DNA of 64,000 nt from Azolla caroliniana (lineage: Eukaryota; Plantae; Polypodiophyta), in NCBI GenBank assembly GCA_043228905.1, contig JBHGNT010000009.1, positions 16,926,001 to 16,990,000 on the forward strand, read 5' to 3'. Each line of letters opens with the position of its first letter. Positions within the stretch are counted from its first letter, which is position 1. Both the position numbers and the translations under genes were made by a program. The notes under the pieces were generated by a model that was not told the DNA's origin, did not search any database, and worked only from the letters and a program-made list of their open reading frames with translations. Positions 23,243-35,948 of the stretch are shown here, piece by piece.

Positions 23243-26200
23243 TCTACCCCCACCAAACTGCACACCTTCTCGTATGTGCCAAGAATGGCAGGCTGAGGGT
23301 GGTGAATAGTTCATTTCCTCCTCCTCATTGACCCCGTGGCTTGTTGTTTGCTTGCCTTTCACTTCGTCAAGGTCATTGAGGTCTGGCTCCCTGTCATGTC
23401 GCTTTTTGAAGATTTTGACCCATTTCCTTGCTATTGGTTTTGCCAACTTAGTCCCATCGAGTTCAGTGAGGTGGTAGGTAGCATTATCGTTTGCACTCAT
23501 TACCATGTACAGCCTAAACCATTGCTTTGCGAATTTGCGCATCGAGCTATGTTGATTGTCGAAACTGCTATCATACACAATCACCCAGTCTCCTTCTTCG
23601 ATCCTCCGAGGGCGTAGTCGGTGTGTCTTGTCGAACCGGGCTTTGATACTTAGCCTAGCCGCTTCTAACCTCTCCTTTTGCCAACTCCAAGTCTTCGGTT
23701 CTTCTCTCAAGTTGCCTTATCCTTGTTGCTAAAAGCTCTTCTCGACTCATCTCGTTTTCCCACGACATGGCTACCCATGACGCGATCGTGTCTTCAATGG
23801 GCATCACTGGCTTTTGTCCGTACATGAGTTCAGGTGGCATGAAACCTGTAACTGAGCTATGAGTTGTTTTGTTAGCCCACAAGGCATAAGGTAGTAACCG
23901 AGGCCAGTTCCCAACTCACCCATCACAAGCTCTTACAATGGCTTTTATGATAGGCTTGTGTCCGCGTTCTATCTTTCCATTAGCCTCCGGGTTATAGGTG
24001 GTCGTGAGAGAGAGCTTCACTCCAGTCGTTCAAAGAGCTCTGTAGCTTCATGAGCATTCAACTCTCCTCTATCGGCCACTATCTTTCCCACACATCCGTA
24101 TCGGCAGATGACATCCTTGAGTAAGAATTTACACACCCCCACGGTCGTTTTGTTTGCTAAGGCTCACCCTTTTACTTGGTTTGTTAGGTCTTCTCTTGCT
24201 AGCACCAAATATTTCATTTGGCCCACTCCCATCTGCATCGAAACCAAATCCACCATCCATTTGAAGTGTATGGTGAGTGGGTAGGTCGGGTGCAACTCGT
24301 CCCTATGGCGTATGTTTGAGTGTATCTGGCAGCTTTCACACGTCCCCACGAAATGGGCGACATCCTCATACATTCCCGGCCACCAATACTTCTCCTTTAA
24401 CTTCTCGAATGTTGCCCACGTTCCTCTCTGGCCCGCCCAAGGACTCTCGTGGAACTCAGACACCAATGTTGTCTGGTCCTCTTCCTTTATGACCACTCAT
24501 TGTGGCATCCCTATCCTTCTCTTCGGGTGCCTCCAGAGGAATCCCCCTCGTAGGAAGTACTTTTACGCTTTCTTTCGGACTCTCTGTGCTTCCTCCTTCG
24601 ACCATGAACTATCCACTGTCATTGAGCTTAAGAACTTGCCAATGTGTAGCCACTCCCCTTCGTATTCACTTTCGTTGAAGGCGTGGAGTACTCGCACATC
24701 TAGATCATCTATAGACACTTGGGCCGTCTTAAAGAAGTCAAGAGCGACATCCTCATCTTCAGACACCACATGTTTTTAAATGTGGCCTGCAAAGTGAGAA
24801 ATATTTTGTTTCAAACATTAGAATTACATATCAAATATGACAAATGTCAATTCTAAAAATTTATTACTGAAATATGAAGAAATGAAACATTTTAGTACTG
24901 AAAATAAAAAAATGGATCGAAGGAACCTCCAATGGTGGAGGGAGCGTTGGATATGCCGCCTCGATTTGGTGGAAGGAACCTCCAATGGTGGATGGAGCGT
25001 GGATATGCAGCCTCGATTTGGTGGAAGGAACCTCCAATGGTGGAGGGAGCGTTGGATATGCCGCCTCAATTTGGTGGAAGGAACCTCCAATGGTGGAGGG
25101 AGCGTTGGATATGCCGCCTCAATTTGGTGGAAGGAACCTCCAATGCTGCCTCGATTTGGTGGAAAAAGCCCCAAATCACCACGACATCAATTGCAATTGG
25201 TGGAAGTAAGAAAGTCGTTGTCGAAGAAGTGACTATTGGCTGCTACCTAAACCCTCAGAACAGTCTCTGTACCTCAACCGAAACCTAACAAAAACAGAAA
25301 CCCTAAAAATATCAGAAATCCTCAACTCAAACTCTCCAACCAGACATGGATGTCTGAGATTTAGATTGAAGGAAAATCAGAAATGTGACATGGATGTCTG
25401 TGATGAAAAGCTCAGAGGGATAGAGGAAGAGCAGTATGAGGGGAATCGCCAAAACGACGTGAGGGGAAGCGCCAAAATCGACGTGAGGGGAAAATAGCCC
25501 CCAAAATGGAAGAACATCTCCTCACGTGTTCCCCCCACTCCTTCTACAGTAAATGACACTTGTACTACAGTCACCCCACTCTCCAAAATCGATTTTCTTT
25601 TTCTCTAATTTTTTTTTGAATTATTCAGTACTAACAGTATTGAAAGTACCGACAATTTTTGTGGCCAAAAACAGTACTTTTCTGGTACACCGTAGCATGC
25701 TTCGACCCCATGTCGCTTTCACCCTCAAATCTTGCCCTCGATAGCATATCTGCCATGGCATTGTTCTTCCCTGAAATGTGGTGAATCTCCGGGTTCATTG
25801 ATTTGATGTAAGCAATCAATCTTAGCATAGCTAGGTCAGTTGTTGCACATCCCAAAACCATCCCTAGGATTGGAAGGAAATCCATCTCTATTACCACCTT
25901 TGACCCGATTAGGTAATCTTTATCTGCCTTCACTGCGGACACAATACCCCAAAGCTCACATTTTACTTGGGCGTATCCTCATTGTCGCTCTCTTAAGACC
26001 TTGGCTCCGAACTGGATGGCGTAGCATGTACCATCCTCTCCTTCTTGTTTGACGACCCATCCTATCCTTGTTGGACTTGTATCTACCGTCACGTAGATGG
26101 GCACCCCTTCCTTGTATACAACTTTTCGTAAAGCTGGTGCCGTTACCAACATTCCTTTGAGCCTCTTCATTGCCTATGTGTGCTCTTCTTCCCACTTGAA

Positions 26201-29200
26201 CTGTCGCCCCTTCTTGAGTAGCCCATACAAGGGCTCGACTAGGTGAGCGTAGTGTGGGATCTAGATATGGTAGAATGCACAGGCACCAAGAAATCGCCTC
26301 ACCTCTGTTTGTGATTTACATTCTTCCCTGATGTCTGTGATGGCGTCCACCTTTGCTGGGGATGGCTTTTGTCCGTACGCCCCACACAAGTGTCCCACCT
26401 CAAGAATCTCCGGTTGGTCGAATGCCGATTTCTCACCCGAGAAGGTCAAGCATGCATCTTCGAGTCTTTGTAGAACCTTCTCGCAATCGGAGATGTGATA
26501 TGCCACAAAATGTATGCGCCCATCCTCGTCTAAGGTTTCATCTTTCTCCGCTTCAGAGCACCCTTTTATGGTGATGTCATCGAGGAATGACATGGTGATG
26601 TCGGGGATGCAATCTCTCAATACCTTGTTCATTGCATTTACCATACGGGCTACAGAGTTATTGCCTCCTTGTGGCAAGGTACACATTCACACTAGGCCAA
26701 TAGGGGTCCACATCGTCATGATGTCCCTACTCTCCACAACTAGTTGGCATTGATCATATCCCGAGTATAGATCACCGATCGAATAAATAAACCTTCCAGT
26801 GAAGGTCTCGGCGAATTCGTCAATGCTCGGCCTGACCCTTGCATTTCGAATTGTCACTTGATTAACAGGTTGTAGGTCTTGGATGAAGCGTAAGGTGCCG
26901 TTCTTCTTTGGCATAGTGAACCACCAATTTGACTATGGGGCGCTTGATGGCTCGAGGATACCCATCTTGATCTTTTCCTTGAGTAGCTCAATTAACTTTG
27001 GGATGTGAGCTCTTGGAACTGGGATTGGTTTGATGTTCCACGGTACATGCGGTACTGTAAAGATCACCATTGGCTCCACGATCTTAGGGTTTATGCACCC
27101 TATCTCACCCAACAAGAAGGTGAAAGCCCTTCCATGGCTTACAATCATCCTTCTAAATCTTTCCTCCTCTCTAGGCAATAGGAAGCCACCCCCACCAATC
27201 CGGAGCTTCTATTGCGTCTCGTCAGTGAACCGGTGCCCTATGCCTCGGGGGTCCCGCAAGCTAGGATCAACCGCTACCCCCTTTATCCAATCCCAACTAT
27301 CGTTAGGGTTTGGGGCAGCCATAGGCTTCACCTTCTTGTCCACAGTCTTGTACTTTTTTTGCACCTTGACCATCCTCGCTTCCTCAATCAACAGCCCAAG
27401 CTCTTCGATGGCGGTGTACATGTCAACTGAGTTGATTGGAATTACCTTGTCTTCATTGAGGCCCGAAACGACTATCCTCTCCATCTCTCTAAGAGTGTCG
27501 TCGAACGAGACCGCCTCCATGGCGCCGCTTATGGTGTCATCTTCCCCCAATAAATTACATTGTTTGAGATTCCTTTCGTATCTCTTGGCCCTAGGCTTAT
27601 CTCTATCACTTAAACTAGTAAATTATTTTACAAGCTCCATTTTCAGAGAACCAAAATCATTTCCTATTACATTTAATAGTTTTGCAAGGGTTTAGGGTCT
27701 TAGTTTCCCTCGGGCTATTGTGGCCCCACTCTTTAATAGCCCGCATAAAAAATCCTCTCGGCTCTCCCCTTTGAGGGAGGCTCAATTGCGCTCATGGTAG
27801 GGCCTCACCGTAAGGAATTGGACCGAATGCTTCCCATCTTGGCTCTTGACCCTCGCATATGCCGACCCGTTGTCTAGCACCTTCGTCTCCATGTGAGCCA
27901 CTGTGATGTATGGTTCACCCAAGATGACCGGGTGCGAGGACGTCTCTTGAACAAAGAAATGTTGATCTATTTCTATGTTCCCCACCTTCACATGTACATT
28001 CGGGCAAGCCCCGTATAGCTCCTCGGTTGCTCGGGTCGCCGCTCTAATTTTCCACCCGTGATTCGTGTTGATCAGCCACTTTCCCTTTTTATAAAAGTCC
28101 ATGGACATAAGGTTGATCTCAGAGCCATGGTCGATCAATGCTACAACCGGCTCTTTTAAATCTCCGACCTGTACCGGTGTCTCCATTGTCGCTCTCGCCC
28201 AATGCGGCCTCGTGTAGTGACTGTCCGCATAATCATCGTCTTCCTCGGGAACCTCAGTTGACAATGCATTTACAATCGCAGGCTTTGCCACTTCTTGCTC
28301 CGTCGAGAGCCACTCCTGTTCATTAGGTCGATGATGACCTCGTGGAATTCTTTCTTGGCAATTCTGAGGACCTATCGCAAAATAAACTCTACATGACTAT
28401 CAAGGATCCTTTCCTCCACTACCTTCTTCAAGTCCGTTGCTTGTTCGATCTCTAAGAAAAGCTTGAAGTTGGGGAGGTTCCCCTTCTCTTTCCATCTTTC
28501 GTCGCGTGCTTGAGACTGGTTTGGCTCTTCCCTTCTTCGTGCACCTCGAGTGTCATATTTCCTTGATGGATCGACTCCCTTGTCATTTCCTACCTTCTTC
28601 TCTTCTACCATTACTTCGTAGTTTTGGCAAGCAGCTTCCACTAAGCCTGTCTTTTCTTCCACCGGATCCTTACACCCAATTGCTTCTTGGACCCTTCTTT
28701 CCGCTTCGTCCGCTTCTTCTCTTTTGAACTTTCCCCTAGAGAGGCTTCCAAGGATTGACGGCCAAAAGTCAAACTCTTTCTCCTCTTGCCTCCTCACCTC
28801 TTTCCGCACTCGGATCCCAGCCGACGTCCAGTAGTGAACGGCTTTAACATGTCGTGCTTCGGCCTCCTCCATTAGCCTTCTCATACCCCCTCGGCCTTGA
28901 TTCAATCCCAAGGGGCGCCTTGTCTCCATCAAATAGACCCGATTGTTCTAAAGATAGACAATATCCCTTCTTAGGGCCTCTTGAAAGTCTGCACACTCCC
29001 TTCGTAGGTGGTCGGGATTGTCGCACCACATACATCTTTGTGTGAATGGGGGACGTCGATCTTGAGGGCCGCCACTCTCTCTCTTAGCTTGTGCTATTTG
29101 GAGATCTCGCACCATCTTTGTGAGCTCATCTATTGCCGACCCTCCCGATGGTGCTTCAACCACGTTTCTCTTGGGGACGAACCTTACATTTTCTTGCTCT

Positions 29201-29277
29201 CTTTCTTGAGGTGCTCTACCACCCCTGGGTTCGTGTGTCTCACTAATGGAGCCAGCGGATGTTTGGCCGCTAAACGC
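23243..29277 (-). pseudogene. Element D gag(C-terminal)-PR-RT-RH-IN, degraded (gag N-terminus at 46621-46997)
   Basis: CMWCDNPDH, ALIDHGSEINLM, FLDDITI, FHESPWAGQRG and REDLTNQV motifs. Confidence 0.9.
24769..25707. mobile_element. Unclassified ~940-bp non-coding insertion with a 53-bp tandem repeat (24918-25165)
   Basis: Interrupts ...EGESDM|VSEDED... of element D pol. Possible 3-bp duplication CCA. No clear terminal inverted repeat. Confidence 0.6.
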
Positions 29278-29689
29278 TGTCGCGAAGATTCGCACGTGCG
29301 TGTGCTGCTCGAGCGACCACCAGGGTCTTGGACTAGGGAGGATGTTTGCGGAATTATCGAAAAGATGACGATCAATGTAAGATTGGATGAAATTTGTTCA
29401 CTTGAGAAGAAGAAAGATTGTACACTTGAGAAGTAGAAAAATATGAAGAAGATAAAGACGAATATAATTATATTGATGACAGTGGTGTTGGTGATATCAC
29501 ATATTGAGCCCCCCTTTACACAAGCTCCACTAGGGTTTTTATAGCTCTCTTCATTTTTGGGGACAAGGTTTTTGCTTATGACATGCACAATCCATGGGTT
29601 TAGAACCATGGTTTTGTGCACATGGTTTTCTATGGTTGTTTCGTCTATAATTCGTATATGAAAAGGAAATACATAAAATATACATTATA

Positions 29690-29760
29690 TGATAGTTGTC
29701 CTAGTAGTAATGCAAACATCTTGTATTTTAGAGGTGCAAGGTTCAAACCTTGCTTGCACC
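29690..29760 (+). promoter_or_regulatory. tRNA-like A/B-box cassette in element E U3 (second copy at 46422-46492)
   Basis: The 46422 copy reads TCGTCCTAGTGGTAAGG...GGTTCAAAC. A14-G53 spacing is 38 nt in both copies. Confidence 0.6.
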
Positions 29761-30508
29761 CCTCCGTATGAACTCAAGTGCCACTAGGCCTTAGGCATAT
29801 TTGCTAAGTGCATGTGCAATGTTGCACATCCTTGGTTTATTCGTCTCACTCGGTTTCACACCATAGCCGAAAATCGTCACGACATCCACCCCCACCAAAA
29901 CCGCACATCCTTCGGTATGTGCCGAGAAAGGTGGAGAGCTGAGATCTTTGGCAACGGTGATCAACCGAGTTCCTCGGCACGCTCATCGACCTCATCTGAC
30001 TTCGTCTTCCACTTCGAGTATGCCCAATCTTTCCAACCGAACCACCGTAGCCACCCGATCCACCATATCCGGAGCTCACAGCTTCTTTCCAGTTGGTTGT
30101 AGTAGATCTACCGAACGATGTCGTCGATCCGACCGCTCTTCCTTCGTCCACCGCGCGTGTCCTTCGATTGGACTCCTCGTCACTCCTCACGCTCACCTTC
30201 TTCAACTGGGTGTTGTGGATCGTTCGTGTCGATCTCCGATTAGGCCGGGTTTGCCCTTGTCCAGATCGGTCTCCGTTGATCGCTTCTCGACTCGATTGGC
30301 CTTCGTCTGCATTTCGCTGAGTCGGGCACGACCAATTGGGGTCGGCCCCCTTCTGGATCGGGATCGTTCGATCGATTTCCACCGAATCAGGTTTTGGCCG
30401 GGTCGGCCCCAGTCGATCGTCTCCCATGTGGATCTTCCTTCGTTCGGGCCGGAATTTTGGCCGGATTGTTTTATGGTTCGACCGGTTCTCGACTCTTCCT
30501 TCCTTCCC

Positions 30509-31264
30509 TCATGCCTCCTCTCCATCGAACTCAACCGTGGCTTCATCCTTGGCCTTCTCGTCGGCCACATCCTTCCCTCCGTGTATGCTCAACTCGAGCC
30601 ATATTGTCTCCTCTCCACCACCTCCTTTATCTTCGGTCTTATATTGACACACGGTCTCGACTGCCGAAGTCTCCGGAACTGGTGTGAAGGAATCCCTTCG
30701 TTCACGCACATTTACCTTGTCTTCCTCATCGCCCTTCCGGTCCTCCGCTTTTCCGTCGACACATTCCGTCTCTTTGGTCTCACGTTGGCGCACATGTACA
30801 ACCGCCGAAGTCTCTAGAATAGGTGTGGGGATATCTTTTCGTCCTCGATCTTCTTCCTCCTTGTGTTGGGCCTTCGTCTTCCCGTCACCACCTTCCATCT
30901 CTACGGACTCACGTTGGCACATGGGCGCAACCGCCGAAGTCTCTCGAACAAGTGTGGAGAAAGTCTCGACATGGCTATCCGTTGTCGACTCGTCCATAGC
31001 TACCTCCGACTCGATGTCGTTTGTCATGGCTACCTCCTCAATCATGTTGGACTCAAACAATTTATCTCCCTCGATCATGCAAGATTTTCTCATGCTTGCA
31101 CCTTCATCACCCGATGTTTCGTACACAATGCGTGTTCCAAAACATTTATCCTCCCTCGAAGTGGTGTTCGCCGTCCTCGAGTCATCGGCCTCCTCCTTGG
31201 TTGTTGTTTCTTCATAAGACAAGAAGATAACTTGTTTCGCACCTTCTCTCTCGGTACCATCATA
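30509..31264 (-). pseudogene. Acidic, repeat-containing ORF of element E (probable gag C-terminal extension)
   Basis: Long E/D/K-rich open frame with three ETSAV...Q repeats. Lies downstream of the gag remnants at 45561-46233 once F is removed. Confidence 0.5.
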
Positions 31265-33353
31265 CCGAATGTTACGGGCATGACCATATAATATCCCGTG
31301 GTAAGAATTTACCATAGTATTCTATACACGTGGATAAGTGTGAGGGTTAAACGAGAGTGTAAAGAAGGGGAGGATTACTTTTAATCCTAGGGATTGAGAC
31401 AACCCATTAGGTCAAGTGTGAACTTGCCTGGGGGCCTTGGGTATCGCTATAAATAAGAGGCCTAGCTACCCTCATTTGATCATCTTTGGACTACATCGAG
31501 ACTCTGCTCGTGTGGTGGGTCAACTCTTGTAGCGAGCGCGCCAGCACTAGGTACGACTCGACGCCACGGCGGTGGTATGGGACGCCGATCGAGGCTCGAG
31601 TCTGTCTCGATCCCTTCGCTCGGGGGTGGTCGGGTGGATCGGCACCCTTCTTTCTCTTTCTCCTTTCTATCTATTATTACTTTATCCTTATCTTAAGCTT
31701 ACTTTAGTACTTAGATCTATAATATTTGGTATAAGATTTACGTACTAATGTTTCTTTGTTTTTCATTTGTCTTTTGATTGATGCTGATCAATCAATGTGC
31801 GGTCGGCCTTGATCCAGACAACGATCAACAAAGAACTTTGGTAACTCTTTCCATAATTTTTCTTTCTATTCTCTCTTCTCCCATCTAATCATGTGTTTAG
31901 TTTATATGTAATTTTTTTCATTAAGTCAATGATGTTGTAGTGGTCTTTAATTGATTATCTAAAACGTTTACATATGTGCACAAGGTCAATACCTTGTTTG
32001 ACATATTAATAATATGTGATGAGTGTCGTATGCATACGAGGTTAATACCTCAATTACGTATTACGTTCACGAACATATGTTACGTTTGCGTATGAGTTGT
32101 TGATTTGTTGTAAACGATATGTGGTTGGTCTCGTATGCGTAAGAGGTCAATACCTCAATTGCGTATTACGATGATCTCTTATTTGTGGATGTTTCATGTG
32201 CGTAGAGGTATATACCTCGATTACGTATCTCGATCACATCATTTGTGGCTATTTAATATAACGATATGTTTAATATAGGCATATGTGGTCACATATATAC
32301 GTATTTGATCGTATATATGTGCTAAGTAAACATATGTGTATATTCGTTATTATGTGATTATATCGAAAGTTGTCCTTGTCGGGAAAAGGATGTTGGTGGC
32401 CGTCCTCACATTTTTGTGAGAATGGCGTTGTCACCATCCCTTTTTCAACATTTTTTTATTGTTGATAACCCCGTTGACGACCTCGATTTCGTTACGTAAA
32501 GAAACGCCAATAGCCAAAATGATGTTGAGTACGTAGGGCTTGACCCACTTCAAGTGAGGTCGCTCCAATGACGCCCGTATCCAACATCCCTCCCTCGTTA
32601 CATGGATACGATGCCACCATGAGCTCGTTCTTACGAGAGGCATTCATAATGACGTGACCATGTGATGGCCCACGTGAGCCTACTACGAAACAAGGGCTCA
32701 TTTGCCTTGACCATTAGGTTGCACTTTGGCGTATGCCATCATAATTACGAGACTTGAGGTTAGGTAACGTACCAACATAGTTTTGGTAAATGAGGGCGAA
32801 ATAAGGACCCTTGACATATATGTTCTTTTAAAAAAAAACATATATGATCAATTGCCTCGCATATCTCTTATACGCATCAAACATTAAGCATTCGAGAAGA
32901 GCAACTTACTTGGTTGCCTCAAGTGTTTAATGTATTTGTTCTCGAGATCTCGAGTTCAAATATGACCAAGACCATACAACATCCATACAACATCCTTGAT
33001 ACATATGACTATAACACATGTTTAGACTTAAGGTCTAAGTGCACCTCGGGGTCCTCGTAATAGGACTTAAAGAGCCGAAACCACATATGTGGGCACCGAA
33101 ACATAGTTTATTATTAACATTTTTTTTGTGTATAAACAATTCATGACACGAACATACATGGTTGAGCCTCAGGGAGCCACCATGAAAAAATCGATCTAGA
33201 GATCAGGGAAAGACATTTATTTGTCACCCCCATGGTTTTTAAAACACCTTTGTGTTACCATAGTAACCTGATCTTGAACCTCATCTCATACGTCTAGAGG
33301 GGTATTGACATGAGATAATGATATCGATTAATGCTCGCCCATGATATGAGATA

Positions 33354-34667
33354 ATGATATCTTTAATGGCTCAAATTAACGACCCCATGTCATCCGCTCA
33401 AGCGGAAGGAACTCAAGGGAATCCTCCTGGACAAATGTCCACTGAGACGTATTTGGCACAAATAACCCAATACCTTAGTTTCACCGCTCAACAGATGACT
33501 GAACTTCGGCAATCTCAGAGTGCTCTTGAGACACGTGTCATTAGTCTACAACGTGAGACTAATAGACCTGATGAGCGACAAGGTGAACCATCATTTGTCG
33601 TTAAGCCATTTACGGGAGACAAAAAGGAAAGAACCGAAGAAGCAATCTGCACATGGCTGGGACGATGGGAGTTGCATTTTGAGCTCTATCCCAGGCCAGA
33701 TAGTACGAAGATTGCATATGTCGGCCGAGAACTCGGGGGTAAGGCCGCCGCCTGGTGGCGTGGGCTCCGTACTATGGGGAAATTGCCCGATACCTGGACA
33801 GATTTTGTCACGGTTTTTAAGGGCCAATTTCTGCAACCTCCCTCTCGAACCGAGGCAGCACAAGCTTTAATGAACCTCTCTAGCAGGAAATTTTCCTCGC
33901 TAGAAAACTATGTTCACCATGCTAGAACCCAAATCCAAAAATCGGGTCTAGAAGGGGACAATTGGTTGATAGCTTGTTTTGTCAATGGCATCCCCAATTC
34001 GAACTATCACTGGATAGTGCACGATAAGAAACCAAAATCCTTCAAAGAGGCCGTTGAAATAGTTCTTCGCTATCAACGCACTTCGAAGAAGGACCATAAC
34101 AAACCCAACGAAGCGCCCGGGACTAAGCAGTCCCAATTTGTTGGGAAACACAAGACACCCAACAAATTCCTGGATCGCAATTGTAAGCGACAATATCCTT
34201 TTTGTGTATTCTGCAAAAAGAAGGGTCATACAAAAGATCAATGTCGAAAGCTCCAACGGAAAGAGCACGACAACAAAGCTAAAGCTGCAGACCATAAAGG
34301 TCAGATTCCTAATGTCCTTCAGGTCTATACACATCATTTAAGTAAATGTCAATGTTCTTTCCCTCACTATGTATTGGGTCCCAATGATTTACTACGTGCA
34401 AACGGGTATATCAATGGATCTCCCGTACAATTTTTATTTGATTCGGGAAGCTCACACAATTTTGTGAATGATCGTTTGGTTCAGATATGGGGAATCCAAC
34501 CCACCGTAAGTGATCACACCTACACGGTGCACTTGGCTGATGGAAGAGTACAATACATCAACGGGGCGATTCATTCATTAGGAATTTCTATTGATACTTA
34601 TATAGAGGAAGTAGACTTCCATGTAATGAATCTTTGTACCACCGATGTAATACTGGGTTTTCCCTAG
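33354..34667 (+). CDS. Element F gag-protease
   Basis: KAAAWW gag motif, CVFCKKKGHTKDQC knuckle, LFDSGSSHNFV protease. Confidence 0.85.
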   Translation: MISLMAQINDPMSSAQAEGTQGNPPGQMSTETYLAQITQYLSFTAQQMTELRQSQSALETRVISLQRETNRPDERQGEPSFVVKPFTGDKKERTEEAICTWLGRWELHFELYPRPDSTKIAYVGRELGGKAAAWWRGLRTMGKLPDTWTDFVTVFKGQFLQPPSRTEAAQALMNLSSRKFSSLENYVHHARTQIQKSGLEGDNWLIACFVNGIPNSNYHWIVHDKKPKSFKEAVEIVLRYQRTSKKDHNKPNEAPGTKQSQFVGKHKTPNKFLDRNCKRQYPFCVFCKKKGHTKDQCRKLQRKEHDNKAKAADHKGQIPNVLQVYTHHLSKCQCSFPHYVLGPNDLLRANGYINGSPVQFLFDSGSSHNFVNDRLVQIWGIQPTVSDHTYTVHLADGRVQYINGAIHSLGISIDTYIEEVDFHVMNLCTTDVILGFP

Positions 34668-35948
34668 TTTTATAATAAAAACTCTTCTTTATTTATTGAT
34701 TGGGTTCGCCATTCCATTTCTTTTGTACTGAACGATTGTACGCAATTTATTCAATGTGTAAAAAAACAATCCCTCTCGATTGTTTCCTCGTGTCCATCAA
34801 TATCCGAGTTGTCTTGTTCTACGTTATTTTATTGTGTACTTGATCCGGACATTCACGTTTACAATATCGATAATGTCCCGGTTCAATTATCATATTTTGA
34901 ACAACAACAACTTGATGAAATCTTAAATGATTTTCATGATGTTTTTCCAAGTGAACTACCTGATGGGTTACCTCCTAAACATAATATAGACCATCGTATA
35001 GATATTGTACCTGGTGTTGCACCAATAAGTATACCTCCGTATTGCTTAAGTCGATCCGAAGAAGATAAGGTATCTAAGCAACTCAAGGACTATTTACGAA
35101 TGGGTTATATACGTTATAGTAAATCTCCATGGGGTGCACCAGTTCTCTTGGTTAAAAAGAAAGAGGGCACATGGCGTTGTCGTAGTGTAGGTTGCACACT
35201 ATGTGGAAATTATATTTTTGTCCCTCCGGATAGAGAATGGAGTGCTCGGTGAGAACCGGAAGAAAACGGCATACCGGCAAGGAAGAAAACGACATACCGG
35301 CAAGGAAGAGCCGGATAAAGAGACATAAATGTAAAAAAAAGAAGAAGAAGGAAATACTCACCTCCACGTTGACAAACCCCAACCTTACCATTACATTAAC
35401 TTATCTTAAGTGTTTTAAATATAGATTTAATACGTATAAGACCTTTATTTATGCATACCTTTATTAAAAGGTAAATCGTGTATTTTTTTAATATATGAAA
35501 AAGACGAGACACTAAAAATAACTCATGCACATCTAGCGTGCATGAGCCCTATACTTAGGAAATAAAAAAGCATCACATGCACATTTAGTGGACATGAACA
35601 CTTTTTGTAAAAAAAAAGCATGAAGACATGCTTAGCTCTTCCTTCCTTATATAAGGAGGAGAGAAATATGTAAAGGGTTGTTGATTATTTGGATTAAGTA
35701 TTAATCAATACAAAAATTATTCGTGGGATTCACGATTTATACATCTACTTCTCTCTTAACACCTTAAGTACCAATTAATATAGTATACTCGTGTGATTCA
35801 CGAGTTTCTTATCTTTCTCTTTGCTATTTACTCATAATTAATCTCTATCTCACGAACTTCTTTCTCCTAGTCCAAGACCTCTGTGGTTCCCACCTGACTC
35901 ACGCAACGATCCGGAGCCGAAAGGCACGACACAGTTGGTGAACCCGAC

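Noticed and set aside
24824-25288. Repetitive ORFs or a CRISPR-like array
   Set aside because: Head-to-tail 53-bp repeat with no unique spacers and no cas genes, in a eukaryotic context.
29846-30817. Long ORFs on both strands in element E
   Set aside because: GC-rich low-complexity sequence poor in stop codons; no recognisable domain. The plus-strand ORFs look like antisense shadows.
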